This document shows, piece by piece, positions 8,340-18,618 of a stretch of DNA of 33,069 bases (the stretch's first letter is position 1; each line of letters begins with the position of its first letter). The DNA is from Candidatus Eiseniibacteriota bacterium. GTDB taxonomy: Bacteria > Eisenbacteria > RBG-16-71-46. The stretch covers positions 1 through 33,069 of the forward strand of contig JBGPFC010000039.1 of assembly GCA_041483195.1 (NCBI GenBank), given 5' to 3'. The notes beneath the pieces are model-generated. The model was given only the letters and a program-made list of their open reading frames with translations. It made no database searches and had not been told where the DNA came from. A program made the translations under genes and the position numbers.

Positions 8340-9521
8340 ATGACCACCCCGAACCGCGCCGATTTCGACATCGCCCCCGGCGAGACCTATCTCAACGGCG
8401 CCGCGATGGCGCCCATGCCACGCGCCGGGCGCCGCGCGGTCGACGAGGCCTACGTGCTGAAGGCGTCGCCGCACCGGGTGACGGTGGATCTCATGTTCAG
8501 CTACCACGACCGGGTTCGCGAGCGGCTCGGAACCGCGCTGGGCCTGGCCGCGAGCGAGTGGGGCGTCACGACCAGCACCACGTTCGGCATCACGCTGCTC
8601 GCGCAGGGCATCCGCTGGCGCGCGGGCGATCGCCTGCTGCTCGGGCCCGACGAGTTCCCGAGCAACGTGTACCCATGGCTCCCGCTCGAGGAGCGCGGCG
8701 TGACGCTCGACTTCATCGGGCGCAAGGGACACCCGCTCGCGCCCGACGATCTGGACCGCGCGCTCGATGCGGACGGTCGCGTGCGCGCGCTCACGGTGGC
8801 CGCCGTGCACTACCTCACGGGCAACCTGCATCCGCTCCCGGCGTTCGCCGAGCGGCTCCACGCGCGCGGGGCGCTGCTGGTGGTGGACGCCTCCCAGGCG
8901 GCGGGCGCGATCGCGCTCGACTGGAGCGCGACCGGCGCGGACGCGATCGTCACCAGCGGCTACAAGTGGCTGTTCGGCCCGTACGGCTGTGGCGCGATCT
9001 GGGTGCGGCCCGCGGTGCGCGAAACGCTGGTCGACGCGAACGGCAACTGGACGGCGTTCCAGTACGGCGCCGATCTCTCGCGCATCATGGACAGCTATCC
9101 GCCCCCCTCGCGCACGCCGCTCCCGCACGGCCGGCGTTTCGACGCGGGCGAGGCGGCCTCGTTCCTCAACGTCGCCGCGTTCGGCGCGGGGCTCGAGTAC
9201 CTGACGTCGATCGGGGTGGCCGCCGTGGAGGCGCACCACCGCGCGCTCCAGGACCGCATCGTCGCCGCGCTCGACGGCCTGCCGCTCGCGCCGCGCACCG
9301 ATCTCGCCGCGCCGCATCGCGCCCCGATGGTGATGGTCGAGGCCCGGGGCGGCATCGATCTCGAGCGGCTCTGCGCCGATCTCGCCGCGCGTCACGTCCA
9401 CGTCTCGCTTCGCTCCGGCCGCATGCGGGTGTCGCCCGGCGCGTGGAACGACGAGTCCGACGTCGCGGTGTTCGCGGAGGCGGTCGCGCAGTCGGTGGGC
9501 GCGATCGGGAAGACGCGATGA
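8340..9521 (+). CDS. Class V (fold type I) PLP-dependent enzyme, C-S lyase/epimerase/kynureninase-like
   Basis: TYLNGAA, DEFPSNVYPW, VVDASQAAG, SGYKWLFGPYG (PLP Lys), RMRVSP. Alternative start GTG 8310 has GGAGGAGG upstream. Confidence 0.85.
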   Translation: MTTPNRADFDIAPGETYLNGAAMAPMPRAGRRAVDEAYVLKASPHRVTVDLMFSYHDRVRERLGTALGLAASEWGVTTSTTFGITLLAQGIRWRAGDRLLLGPDEFPSNVYPWLPLEERGVTLDFIGRKGHPLAPDDLDRALDADGRVRALTVAAVHYLTGNLHPLPAFAERLHARGALLVVDASQAAGAIALDWSATGADAIVTSGYKWLFGPYGCGAIWVRPAVRETLVDANGNWTAFQYGADLSRIMDSYPPPSRTPLPHGRRFDAGEAASFLNVAAFGAGLEYLTSIGVAAVEAHHRALQDRIVAALDGLPLAPRTDLAAPHRAPMVMVEARGGIDLERLCADLAARHVHVSLRSGRMRVSPGAWNDESDVAVFAEAVAQSVGAIGKTR

Positions 9522-11071
9522 GCGGGCCCGACCCGAACCCGCCGCCGCCGCGGCGGGATGTTTCGCCGCGGCACCGCGACGCGCCGCTCGAGATGGCGCC
9601 CGATCAGTTCCGCGCGCTCGGGCACCGCATGGTGGAGCGCGTCGCCGGGTACCTCGAGACCCTGCGCGGGCGTCCGGTCACTCCCGGGGAGACGCCGGCG
9701 CAGGTGCGCGCCGCGCTCGGAGGCGGCTCGCTGCCCGAGCGCGGCGCCGACCCTCAGGCGCTGCTCGATCGCGCGGCCGATCTGCTGATCGGGCACTCGC
9801 TCTACAACGGGCACCCGCGCTTCTTCGGTTACATCACGTCGTCCGCCGCGCCGATCGGCGCGCTCGGCGATCTGCTCGTCTCCGCGGTCAATCCCAACGT
9901 CGGCGGCTGGCAGCTCGCGCCGATCGCGAGCGAGATCGAGGTGCAGACGGTGCGCTGGATCGCGGAGCTGATCGGCTACCCGGCCACCTGCGGCGGACTG
10001 CTGGTCTCGGGCGGCAACGTCGCGAACTTCGTCGCGTTCGTCGCGGCGCGCCACGCGAAGGCGCCGTGGGACGTGCGCGCGCGCGGCATGATGGCGGGCG
10101 GGCAGGGGGCGCTGCGCGTGTACGCTTCGAAGGAGACCCACACCTGGATCCAGAAGGCGGCGGACCTGTTCGGCCTCGGCACCGAGAGCGTGCGCTGGAT
10201 CGACACCACCGCCGATCTGCGCATGGACACCCGCGCGTTGCGTGCCGCGATCGCCGCGGATCGCGCGGCCGGCGACGTGCCGCTCGCGGTGGTGGGCACC
10301 GCCGGCAGCGTGAGCACGGGCGCGATCGATCCGCTGGCCGAGATCGCCACGATCTGCCGCGAGCAGGGGATCTGGTTCCACGTGGATGGCGCGTACGGCG
10401 GGATCGCGGCCGCGCTCCCCGAGGCGAGCGCCGATCTCAAGGCGTTGAGCGAGGCCGACTCGGTGGCGGTGGACCCGCACAAGTGGCTCTACGCGCCGCT
10501 CGAGGCGGGCTGCACGCTGGTGCGCGACGGGGCGCGGCTGCGCGACGCCTTCAGCTACATGCCGTCCTACTATCATTTCGGCGAGGAACAGGAAGAGCCG
10601 CCGGTCAACTTCTACGAATACGGCCTGCAGAACTCGCGCGGCTTTCGGGCGCTCAAGGTATGGCTCGGATTGCAGCACGCGGGACGCGAGGGCTGCGTGC
10701 GCTCGATCCGCGACGACATCGCGCTCGCGGCGGCGATGTATCGCGCGGTGGAGGCGCATCCCGAGCTCGAGGCGTTCACGCTGGGCCTGAGCATCGCCAC
10801 CTTCCGCTACGTCCCGCCCGGTTTCGATCGGGCGGCGGCCGGAGCCGAGGAATATCTCGACACGCTCAACGAACGGCTGCTGACGCGGCTCAAGGACGGC
10901 GGCCGCGCGTTCCTGAGCAATGCGGTGGTGCGCGAGCGATTCCTGTTGCGCGCGTGCATCGTCAACTTCCGCACCACGCTCGATGACGTGCAGGCGGTGC
11001 CGGAGATCGTGGCCGAGATCGGGCGCGAGCTGGACCGCGAGCAGCGGCCCGCCTCGCTCGCGCGCGAGTAG
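9518..11071 (+). CDS. Group II PLP-dependent decarboxylase (aromatic-L-amino-acid decarboxylase-like), 517 aa
   Basis: ATGA overlap with the previous gene; HPRFFGYI, SGGNVAN, GTAGSVSTGAIDPL, HVDGAYG, DPHKWL (PLP Lys), SRGFRALKVW, LRACIVNFRT. Confidence 0.92.
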   Translation: MSGPDPNPPPPRRDVSPRHRDAPLEMAPDQFRALGHRMVERVAGYLETLRGRPVTPGETPAQVRAALGGGSLPERGADPQALLDRAADLLIGHSLYNGHPRFFGYITSSAAPIGALGDLLVSAVNPNVGGWQLAPIASEIEVQTVRWIAELIGYPATCGGLLVSGGNVANFVAFVAARHAKAPWDVRARGMMAGGQGALRVYASKETHTWIQKAADLFGLGTESVRWIDTTADLRMDTRALRAAIAADRAAGDVPLAVVGTAGSVSTGAIDPLAEIATICREQGIWFHVDGAYGGIAAALPEASADLKALSEADSVAVDPHKWLYAPLEAGCTLVRDGARLRDAFSYMPSYYHFGEEQEEPPVNFYEYGLQNSRGFRALKVWLGLQHAGREGCVRSIRDDIALAAAMYRAVEAHPELEAFTLGLSIATFRYVPPGFDRAAAGAEEYLDTLNERLLTRLKDGGRAFLSNAVVRERFLLRACIVNFRTTLDDVQAVPEIVAEIGRELDREQRPASLARE

Positions 11072-11075
11072 TCGA

Positions 11076-11106
11076 ACGCGCCCCGTGCCGGCGGCACGAG
11101 GCGCGT
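11076..11106. terminator. Hairpin between convergent genes, possible bidirectional terminator
   Basis: ACGCGCCCCGTGCC / GGCACGAGGCGCGT, 13 of 14 bp complementary, 3-nt loop; weak U-tracts. Confidence 0.55.
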
Positions 11107-11144
11107 GAGGATTCGCCCGGGATGGCGCTTCGATCGCGCCGAGC

Positions 11145-11594
11145 CTAGACCTTCGGCCCGCCGGTGGAGTCGCCGTTTCGCGGCTTCACGATCCACGCCG
11201 AGATCAGCAACGCGAGACCGACCAGCGTCGGGATGAGACCGACCGCCCAGATGCGGCCGTTGTCGTCGGGGCGCAGCATCTCGAGAAACACCATGATTCC
11301 GATCCCCGCGAACGTGACGATCAGCCCGCCGATGATCAGCGACTGGTGCCGGTAGCGCGAATTGTACGGACGGCCGAGCATGTCGAACCCGTCGTCCAGG
11401 CCGGGGGCCGCCGGGAGCTTGGCGGGGTCGATGCCCCGCTCGATGGCGGCGATCCGCTCGCGCTGCGCCAGCTCGGCGAGCCGCTGGCGGCCGAGGGTCT
11501 TCACGATCCCGGCGATGATGCCGCCGGTGATCGCGATGATCGGAATCGAGAAGATGAGAAATGGGACCAGGGCGTCCGGGTCGAGGAACGTCAT
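11145..11594 (-). CDS. DUF6249-like small membrane protein (3 TM), 149 aa
   Basis: AAGGAG RBS before ATG 11594; N-terminal TM, then ELAQRERIAAIERGID, then two C-terminal TMs (SLIIGGLIVTFAGIG, WAVGLIPTLVGLALLI). This layout matches DUF6249 proteins, which I recall next to ECF sigma genes. Confidence 0.75.
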   Translation of the reverse strand: MTFLDPDALVPFLIFSIPIIAITGGIIAGIVKTLGRQRLAELAQRERIAAIERGIDPAKLPAAPGLDDGFDMLGRPYNSRYRHQSLIIGGLIVTFAGIGIMVFLEMLRPDDNGRIWAVGLIPTLVGLALLISAWIVKPRNGDSTGGPKV

Positions 11595-11694
11595 GGGCGT
11601 TGGCTCCTTTCGAATCGTGTGATGATGTGCGTGTCGTCGGCGGGGCGGGCGGCGCATCGAGCGTCGCGCTCCGTCCCGCGCCTTCACCTGCTCT

Positions 11695-11722
11695 GACCAC
11701 GCCCGGCCGCCGCCGGGTTTCA
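11695..11722 (-). promoter_or_regulatory. Putative ECF-sigma promoter for the DUF6249-like gene
   Basis: Minus strand reads TGAAACCCG (11722-11714), 15 nt, GGTC (11698-11695); identical architecture to the plus-strand copy. Confidence 0.65.
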
Positions 11723-11744
11723 GCGGATTCGGGGGCGAACCACG

Positions 11745-11772
11745 TGAAACCCGATGATGGGCTCTCCCGGTC
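11745..11772 (+). promoter_or_regulatory. Putative autoregulatory ECF-sigma promoter
   Basis: TGAAACCCG (11745-11753), 15 nt, GGTC (11769-11772), ending 10 nt before ATG 11783. TGAAAC is the SigW-type -35. Confidence 0.65.
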
Positions 11773-11782
11773 CAAACGGGCG

Positions 11783-12370
11783 ATGGAAGCCCTGGCCGCA
11801 TCGCCCGGGCCGGGGGCCGAGGGGCGCGAAGAGGATGCCCTGCTGGCGCGGGCCCGGGCCGGGGATCAGGATGCGTATCGCGTGCTGGTGGACGCGCATC
11901 GCGACCGCGCCTACGCGCTCGCGCTGCGCATCCTCCGCTCGGCGGCGGACGCCGAGGAAGTCGCGCAGGACGCGTTCGTGCGGGCCTGGCTCGCGTTGCC
12001 GCGGTTTCGCGGCGACGCGCGTTTCTCGACGTGGCTCTACCGGATCGTCGCGCGCAGGGCGTTCGACCGCGCGGCGGTGCTCAAGAGCCGGCGCGCGCGC
12101 GAGACGGCGATCGACGAGGCGCAGCATCTCGCGACCGGGGAGAGCGGCGCGGAGGCCGCGTCGCGCGCCGCGATCGCGCTGCGGCTCGAGCGGTTGATGG
12201 ACGAATTGTCTCCCGCCCAGCGCGCGGCGGTGACGCTGTACTACTACGAGGGGCGGTCGGTGGAGCAGGCGGCGGCGGTGCTCGGCATGCCGGAGAACAC
12301 GGTGAAGACGCACTTGAGCCGCGCGCGCGCGACGCTGCGCGCCGCGTGGCTGCGCGAGGGCGGAACGTGA
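11783..12370 (+). CDS. ECF RNA polymerase sigma-70 factor, ~195 aa
   Basis: Region 2 (DAEEVAQDAFVRAW, FSTWLYRIV) and region 4 (LSPAQRAAVTLYYYEGRSVEQAAAVLGMPENTVKTHLSRAR). Confidence 0.93.
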   Translation: MEALAASPGPGAEGREEDALLARARAGDQDAYRVLVDAHRDRAYALALRILRSAADAEEVAQDAFVRAWLALPRFRGDARFSTWLYRIVARRAFDRAAVLKSRRARETAIDEAQHLATGESGAEAASRAAIALRLERLMDELSPAQRAAVTLYYYEGRSVEQAAAVLGMPENTVKTHLSRARATLRAAWLREGGT

Positions 12371-13026
12371 CCAGCATGAACTGCGCGGCATTCGATCGCT
12401 GGCTCGACGAAGCCGGGAGCGAGCGGGAATCCGGCGCCGCACGGGACTCCGCCGCCGCTCGCGAGGCCGATGCCGCCCACGCGCACGCGGCGGGCTGCGC
12501 GCGCTGCGCCGCCGCGCTCGCAGCTTCGCACGCGATCGACGCGCTGCTCGGTGCGCCGGCCGTCGCGGCGCCGCCCGCATTCACCGACGCCGTGATGCGC
12601 CGCGTTGCCGCCGCGAGCCGGGCGAGGGCCGCGCGTCCCGCGCCGTGGATCGAATCGAGCGCGATGCCCCTCTGGGTGCGCGCCGCCGCCGAGCCTCCGG
12701 CCGTGTTCGCCGCGCTGCTCGCGGCGCTGGTCGCGTGGCGGGGAGACGCCCTGATGCGCGCGGCCGCGGTCGCGGGGGCCGCGGCCGGAGGAGCGTGGCG
12801 CGCCGCGCCGCACGCGATCGGGGCGTGGCTCGCCGGCGCGGCGCCGCGTGAAGCTTCGAGCGCGTTCTCCGATCCCGGCGTCCGGCTCGGCCTGATGATG
12901 GTGGCGGCGACGATGCTGTGTGTCGCCTCCGCGCCGCTCTACGGCTGGTTCGAGCGTTGGAGCGGAGCGCCCTCGCATGCCCGGCATTCGGCGCCCGGAA
13001 CCCGCTCATTCCTTGAAGTTCGTTGA
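12367..13026 (+). CDS. Zinc-finger (HxxxCxxC, zf-HC2) transmembrane anti-sigma factor
   Basis: GTGA overlap with the sigma gene (alternative ATG 12376); MNC...HAAGCARC, PPAFTDAVMRRV, then two hydrophobic segments. Confidence 0.8.
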   Translation: MTSMNCAAFDRWLDEAGSERESGAARDSAAAREADAAHAHAAGCARCAAALAASHAIDALLGAPAVAAPPAFTDAVMRRVAAASRARAARPAPWIESSAMPLWVRAAAEPPAVFAALLAALVAWRGDALMRAAAVAGAAAGGAWRAAPHAIGAWLAGAAPREASSAFSDPGVRLGLMMVAATMLCVASAPLYGWFERWSGAPSHARHSAPGTRSFLEVR

Positions 13027-13054
13027 CACGGCGGGGCCCCCCGCTCCATATACT
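13023..13054 (+). promoter_or_regulatory. Possible housekeeping sigma-70 promoter for yyaL-dsbD
   Basis: TTGACA (13023-13028, overlapping the anti-sigma stop) and TATACT (13049-13054). The 20-nt spacer is longer than canonical. In-frame GTG 13063 lies 8 nt downstream. Confidence 0.4.
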
Positions 13055-13062
13055 GGCTCGAC

Positions 13063-15332
<2,270 letters not shown>

Positions 15333-15336
<4 letters not shown>

Positions 15337-17204
15337 GACGCACGTGCCTCGCGCTGCTGGTCGCCCTGCTCGCCGTCCCCGCCGCCCACGCACAGCTCGG
15401 CGGCGGCCCGCCGCCCCCCGCCGCGCAATCGCTCGTGAAGGTCGCGGTCGCCGAGGTGCGCGTTCCCTCAGGCGGAACCGCGACCGCCACCGTACGCGTC
15501 ACCATCCAGCCCACCTGGCACATCAACGCCAACCCCGCCTCCCCCGACTACATGGTCCCGACCGAGGTGACGATCGCGCCCGCCGGAGGCGTGAGCGGCG
15601 GCAAGCCCGAATACCCGCCCCCGATGTCCTTCAAGGTCGGCTTCGAAGAAAATCCCATCGCCGTCTACAACGGCACGATCGAAATCCGAGTCCCGCTAAC
15701 GGTCGCCGCTGGCGCAGCAAGCGGCGCGCGCAAGCTGACGGGCTCGCTTCAATTTCAGTCGTGCAACGATCAGGTGTGCCTGACGCCCGTGACGGTGCGA
15801 TTCGACGTGCCGGTCGTGGTGGTTGCGGGCGCTGCTGGCGCGGCGCCGGGTGGCGGCCCCCCGTCTGGCGACGCACTCCGATCACACGCCGCGCGGGATT
15901 CGAACGCGATCTCGGGAGGCTTGGCGTCGTCAGACGGGGGGCCGCCCCCCGGCGCCGTGCCCGGCACGCCGGACAACCCCCTGGCGCGCGCGTTGGATCG
16001 TGGGGGAGTGCTGGCGTTCGTGACCATCTTCCTCATCGGGCTCGCCTTGAACCTCACGCCTTGCGTGTACCCGATGCTCGGGGTGACGGTCTCGATCTTT
16101 GGGGCGCGGCGGGCGGCGCCGCCGGCTCAGGTGTTCGGGCTGGCGCTGCTGTACGTGATGGGCATGGCGATCATGTACAGCACGCTGGGCGTGATCGCGG
16201 CGCTCACCGGGGGATTGTTCGGGGCGCTGCTGCAGAGCCCGCTGGTGCTGATCGGGATCGGCGCGCTCATGCTGGGGCTCGCGCTCTCGATGTTCGGTCT
16301 CTACGAGATCCAGCCGCCGCCCTGGCTGCTCACCAAGCTCGGCGGCAGCGGCGCGACCAGCGCGGCGGGGGTGTTCTTCTCCGGGCTGGTCGTCGGCGTG
16401 TTCGCCGCGCCGTGCACCGGACCGCCGGTGGTCGCGTTGCTCGCGCTGGTGGGCGCGAAGGGCGATCCGTGGTTCGGCTTCGCCACGTTCTTCACGCTCT
16501 CGATGGGGCTCGGGCTGCCCTACCTCGTGCTCGGCACGTTCTCGAACCTGCTCCAGCGCCTGCCGCGCTCCGGCGAGTGGATGGTGTGGGTGAAGAAGGT
16601 GTTCGGCGTGATCCTGGTGGGCGTCGGATCGTTCTACGCGCTGCTCGCGCTCGCGCCGAAGTGGTCGGGATGGGTCGTCCCCGCCGCGCTGATCGTGGGC
16701 GGCGTGTACCTCGGGTTCCTCGAGAAGAGCGCGGCGAAGCGGCGCGGCTTCCAGCGTCTCAAGTGGCTTACCGGAGCCGCGGCCATCGCGGGCGGGCTGC
16801 TCATCGTGTTCGCGACGCCCTCGCGCGGGATCGCGTTCCGCGCGGGCAGCCCCGCGGATCTCGACGCCGCGATCCGGAGCGGGCGGCCGGTCATGGTGGA
16901 TTTCTCGGCCGACTGGTGCGTGCCGTGCCACGAGCTCGATCGCAACACCTTCACCGACGCAGCGGTGATCGCGGCCGCCCGCGATTTTCACGCGTTCAAG
17001 GTGGACCTCACGCGCTACGACTCGCCGGAGTCGGAGGCGTGGCGGAAGCGTTACGTCATCGTCAGCGTGCCCACGGTGGTGTTCTTCGCGGCGGATGGCT
17101 CGGAGGTGCGCGCGGCGCGCGTGGAAGGATTCCTCGCGCCGCGGCACTTCGTCGAGCGACTGCGGCTCGTGACGCGCGGCGGCGAGCGCGCCGCGCGGGA
17201 GTAG
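15333..17204 (+). CDS. dsbD: Thiol:disulfide interchange protein DsbD (alpha, TM-beta and thioredoxin-gamma domains), 623 aa
   Basis: ATGA overlap with yyaL; signal peptide; [41 protein letters not shown]. Confidence 0.93.
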
Positions 17205-17206
17205 CG

Positions 17207-17288
17207 GCGCATCGCTGCGCGATAATCGCACGCTCGAGCTATGAGCGACCCGCGCCCCGGCAAGAAACCGGCATCACGCGCCGCCGCG
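17207..17288 (+). repeat. Direct repeat copy 1: duplicated promoter and first codons of the 18571 gene (truncated, MSDPRPGKKPASRAAARQ*)
   Basis: Ungapped match to 18537-18618, 72 of 82 identical by hand count. Confidence 0.9.
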
Positions 17289-17595
17289 AGGCAATGACGC
17301 GCTTTGGCATCTATGCGCTGGTCAGGCGGCGCATCGCGTTCCGTCGATTGGCACCAAGCGGGTCAGCCCGCACGTGATCCGGCATACGACGGCTGTCCAT
17401 CTGCTGCGCGCGGGCGCCGACATCGAGACCAGCCGTGCCTGGCTCGGGCACGTCTCCATCGACACCACCAACATCCATGCCGAGGTCGATCTCGCGATGA
17501 AAGCGAAGGCGCTGAGCGCGTGCGCCATCCCGGATTCGCCGCGGCGACCCTGGCATGGGCAACCGGGGCTCATGGCCTTTCTTCGGTCGCTATGA
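17279..17595 (+). pseudogene. C-terminal remnant of a tyrosine recombinase (RIT-element RitC-like)
   Basis: RRREAMTRFGIYALVRR, frameshift near 17325-17335, then RVPSIGTKRVSPHVIRHTTAVHLLRAGADI...WLGHVSIDTTNIHAEVDLAMKAKAL...LMAFLRSL*. HxxRH and LGH are present, the catalytic Tyr position is His, and the N-terminal part is missing. Confidence 0.85.
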
Positions 17596-17703
17596 GGCCC
17601 CGCCCGCTCCGGTTGGTCGGCGTCCTGTATGCTGTCCACTTGTCGCTTGCTGAACTCCCGCCGCGCGCCGCGCGGCTTACGACCACCACGGAGGAGACAA
17701 GCC

Positions 17704-18360
17704 ATGACTCGCTCGATCGCGATCGCATCGCTCATCGGCCTCGCTCTTCTGCTCGCCGGCCGTGCCCAAGCGGACCGGCTCGGCAAGGGCCGCTCGCTCG
17801 TGTTCGTCGGGATCGGCGGGCATCGCGGGCAGTTCGTCTATCCGGGAGCCCCGCCCCTCGGAACTGAAAGGGACGAGGTCGGAGGAGAGATCGCCTACTG
17901 CCGCTTCCTGAGCGCCGAGTGGACGCTCGGAGTCTCCGGGGGCTATCACGCTGGCCGGGAGAAGATCGATGAGAACGACCTCAACGGAACCCACTTTGCG
18001 ACCGAAACATTCGAGACGCACTCGTTCACCGCGCGCATCGGAGGCGACCGGTACGCGTTCATTGACGACAACGTGGCCCTCTATGCAGGCCCGGGCATGA
18101 TCTTCACACGCGGGCGGTACAAGGACAATCTGACAGTGATCCCGCCGACGGTGGGCGGCGGCACCAACCAGGGCCCCAACGCAACGGAAGTGGGGCTCAA
18201 CGGGCGCATCGGGATGTACGCGCGGCTAGGGAAGGGCACTGCGCTCTTCGGCCACATTGGCCAGGTGCTATCCCGCACCTCGGGCAAGGATTCCGGCGGC
18301 AAGGTCTCGTGGTGGTCGAGCACGCCCGAGGGCGCAGTGGGCCTGGCGTTCGACTTCTGA
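17704..18360 (+). CDS. Outer-membrane beta-barrel protein, 218 aa
   Basis: GAGGAG RBS; signal peptide MTRSIAIASLIGLALLLAGRAQA; amphipathic strands (WTLGVSGGY, VALYAGPGM); C-terminal GAVGLAFDF with terminal Phe. Confidence 0.8.
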   Translation: MTRSIAIASLIGLALLLAGRAQADRLGKGRSLVFVGIGGHRGQFVYPGAPPLGTERDEVGGEIAYCRFLSAEWTLGVSGGYHAGREKIDENDLNGTHFATETFETHSFTARIGGDRYAFIDDNVALYAGPGMIFTRGRYKDNLTVIPPTVGGGTNQGPNATEVGLNGRIGMYARLGKGTALFGHIGQVLSRTSGKDSGGKVSWWSSTPEGAVGLAFDF

Positions 18361-18536
18361 ACCGCCGCGGAGGTCGAAGTTGTGTCCCGCGACTGGAAAG
18401 CCGGTAACCCGGGCGCGCCAGACCTGCTACGCAACACGACTACGCCCGCAACATAACCGCGAGAAGTGTTCCGGCTGGCGATCGTCTCATCGGCCTGATC
18501 GCTGATTCTCGCTCAGGCGACCGGCGCGCATCCCGC

Positions 18537-18618
18537 GCGCACCCCTGTGCGATAATCGTCCGCTCGAGCCATGAGCGACCCGCGCCCCCGCACGAAATCG
18601 GCATCACGCGCCCCCGCG
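18537..18618 (+). repeat. Direct repeat copy 2 (functional promoter and 5' end of the downstream gene)
   Basis: Matches 17207-17288 at offset 1330; contains TG-C-GATAAT extended -10-like element (18548-18556) and ATG 18571. Confidence 0.9.

Noticed and set aside
8558..9517. Long N-terminal extension of the decarboxylase ORF (and likewise 14019-15332 for dsbD)
   Set aside because: Off-frame overlap with the real upstream genes; ATGA-coupled starts at 9518 and 15333 explain the proteins.
8340..9521. Cysteine desulfurase (iscS/sufS) call
   Set aside because: Lacks the catalytic Cys loop (SSGSAC or RxGHHC) and the PLP-stacking His.
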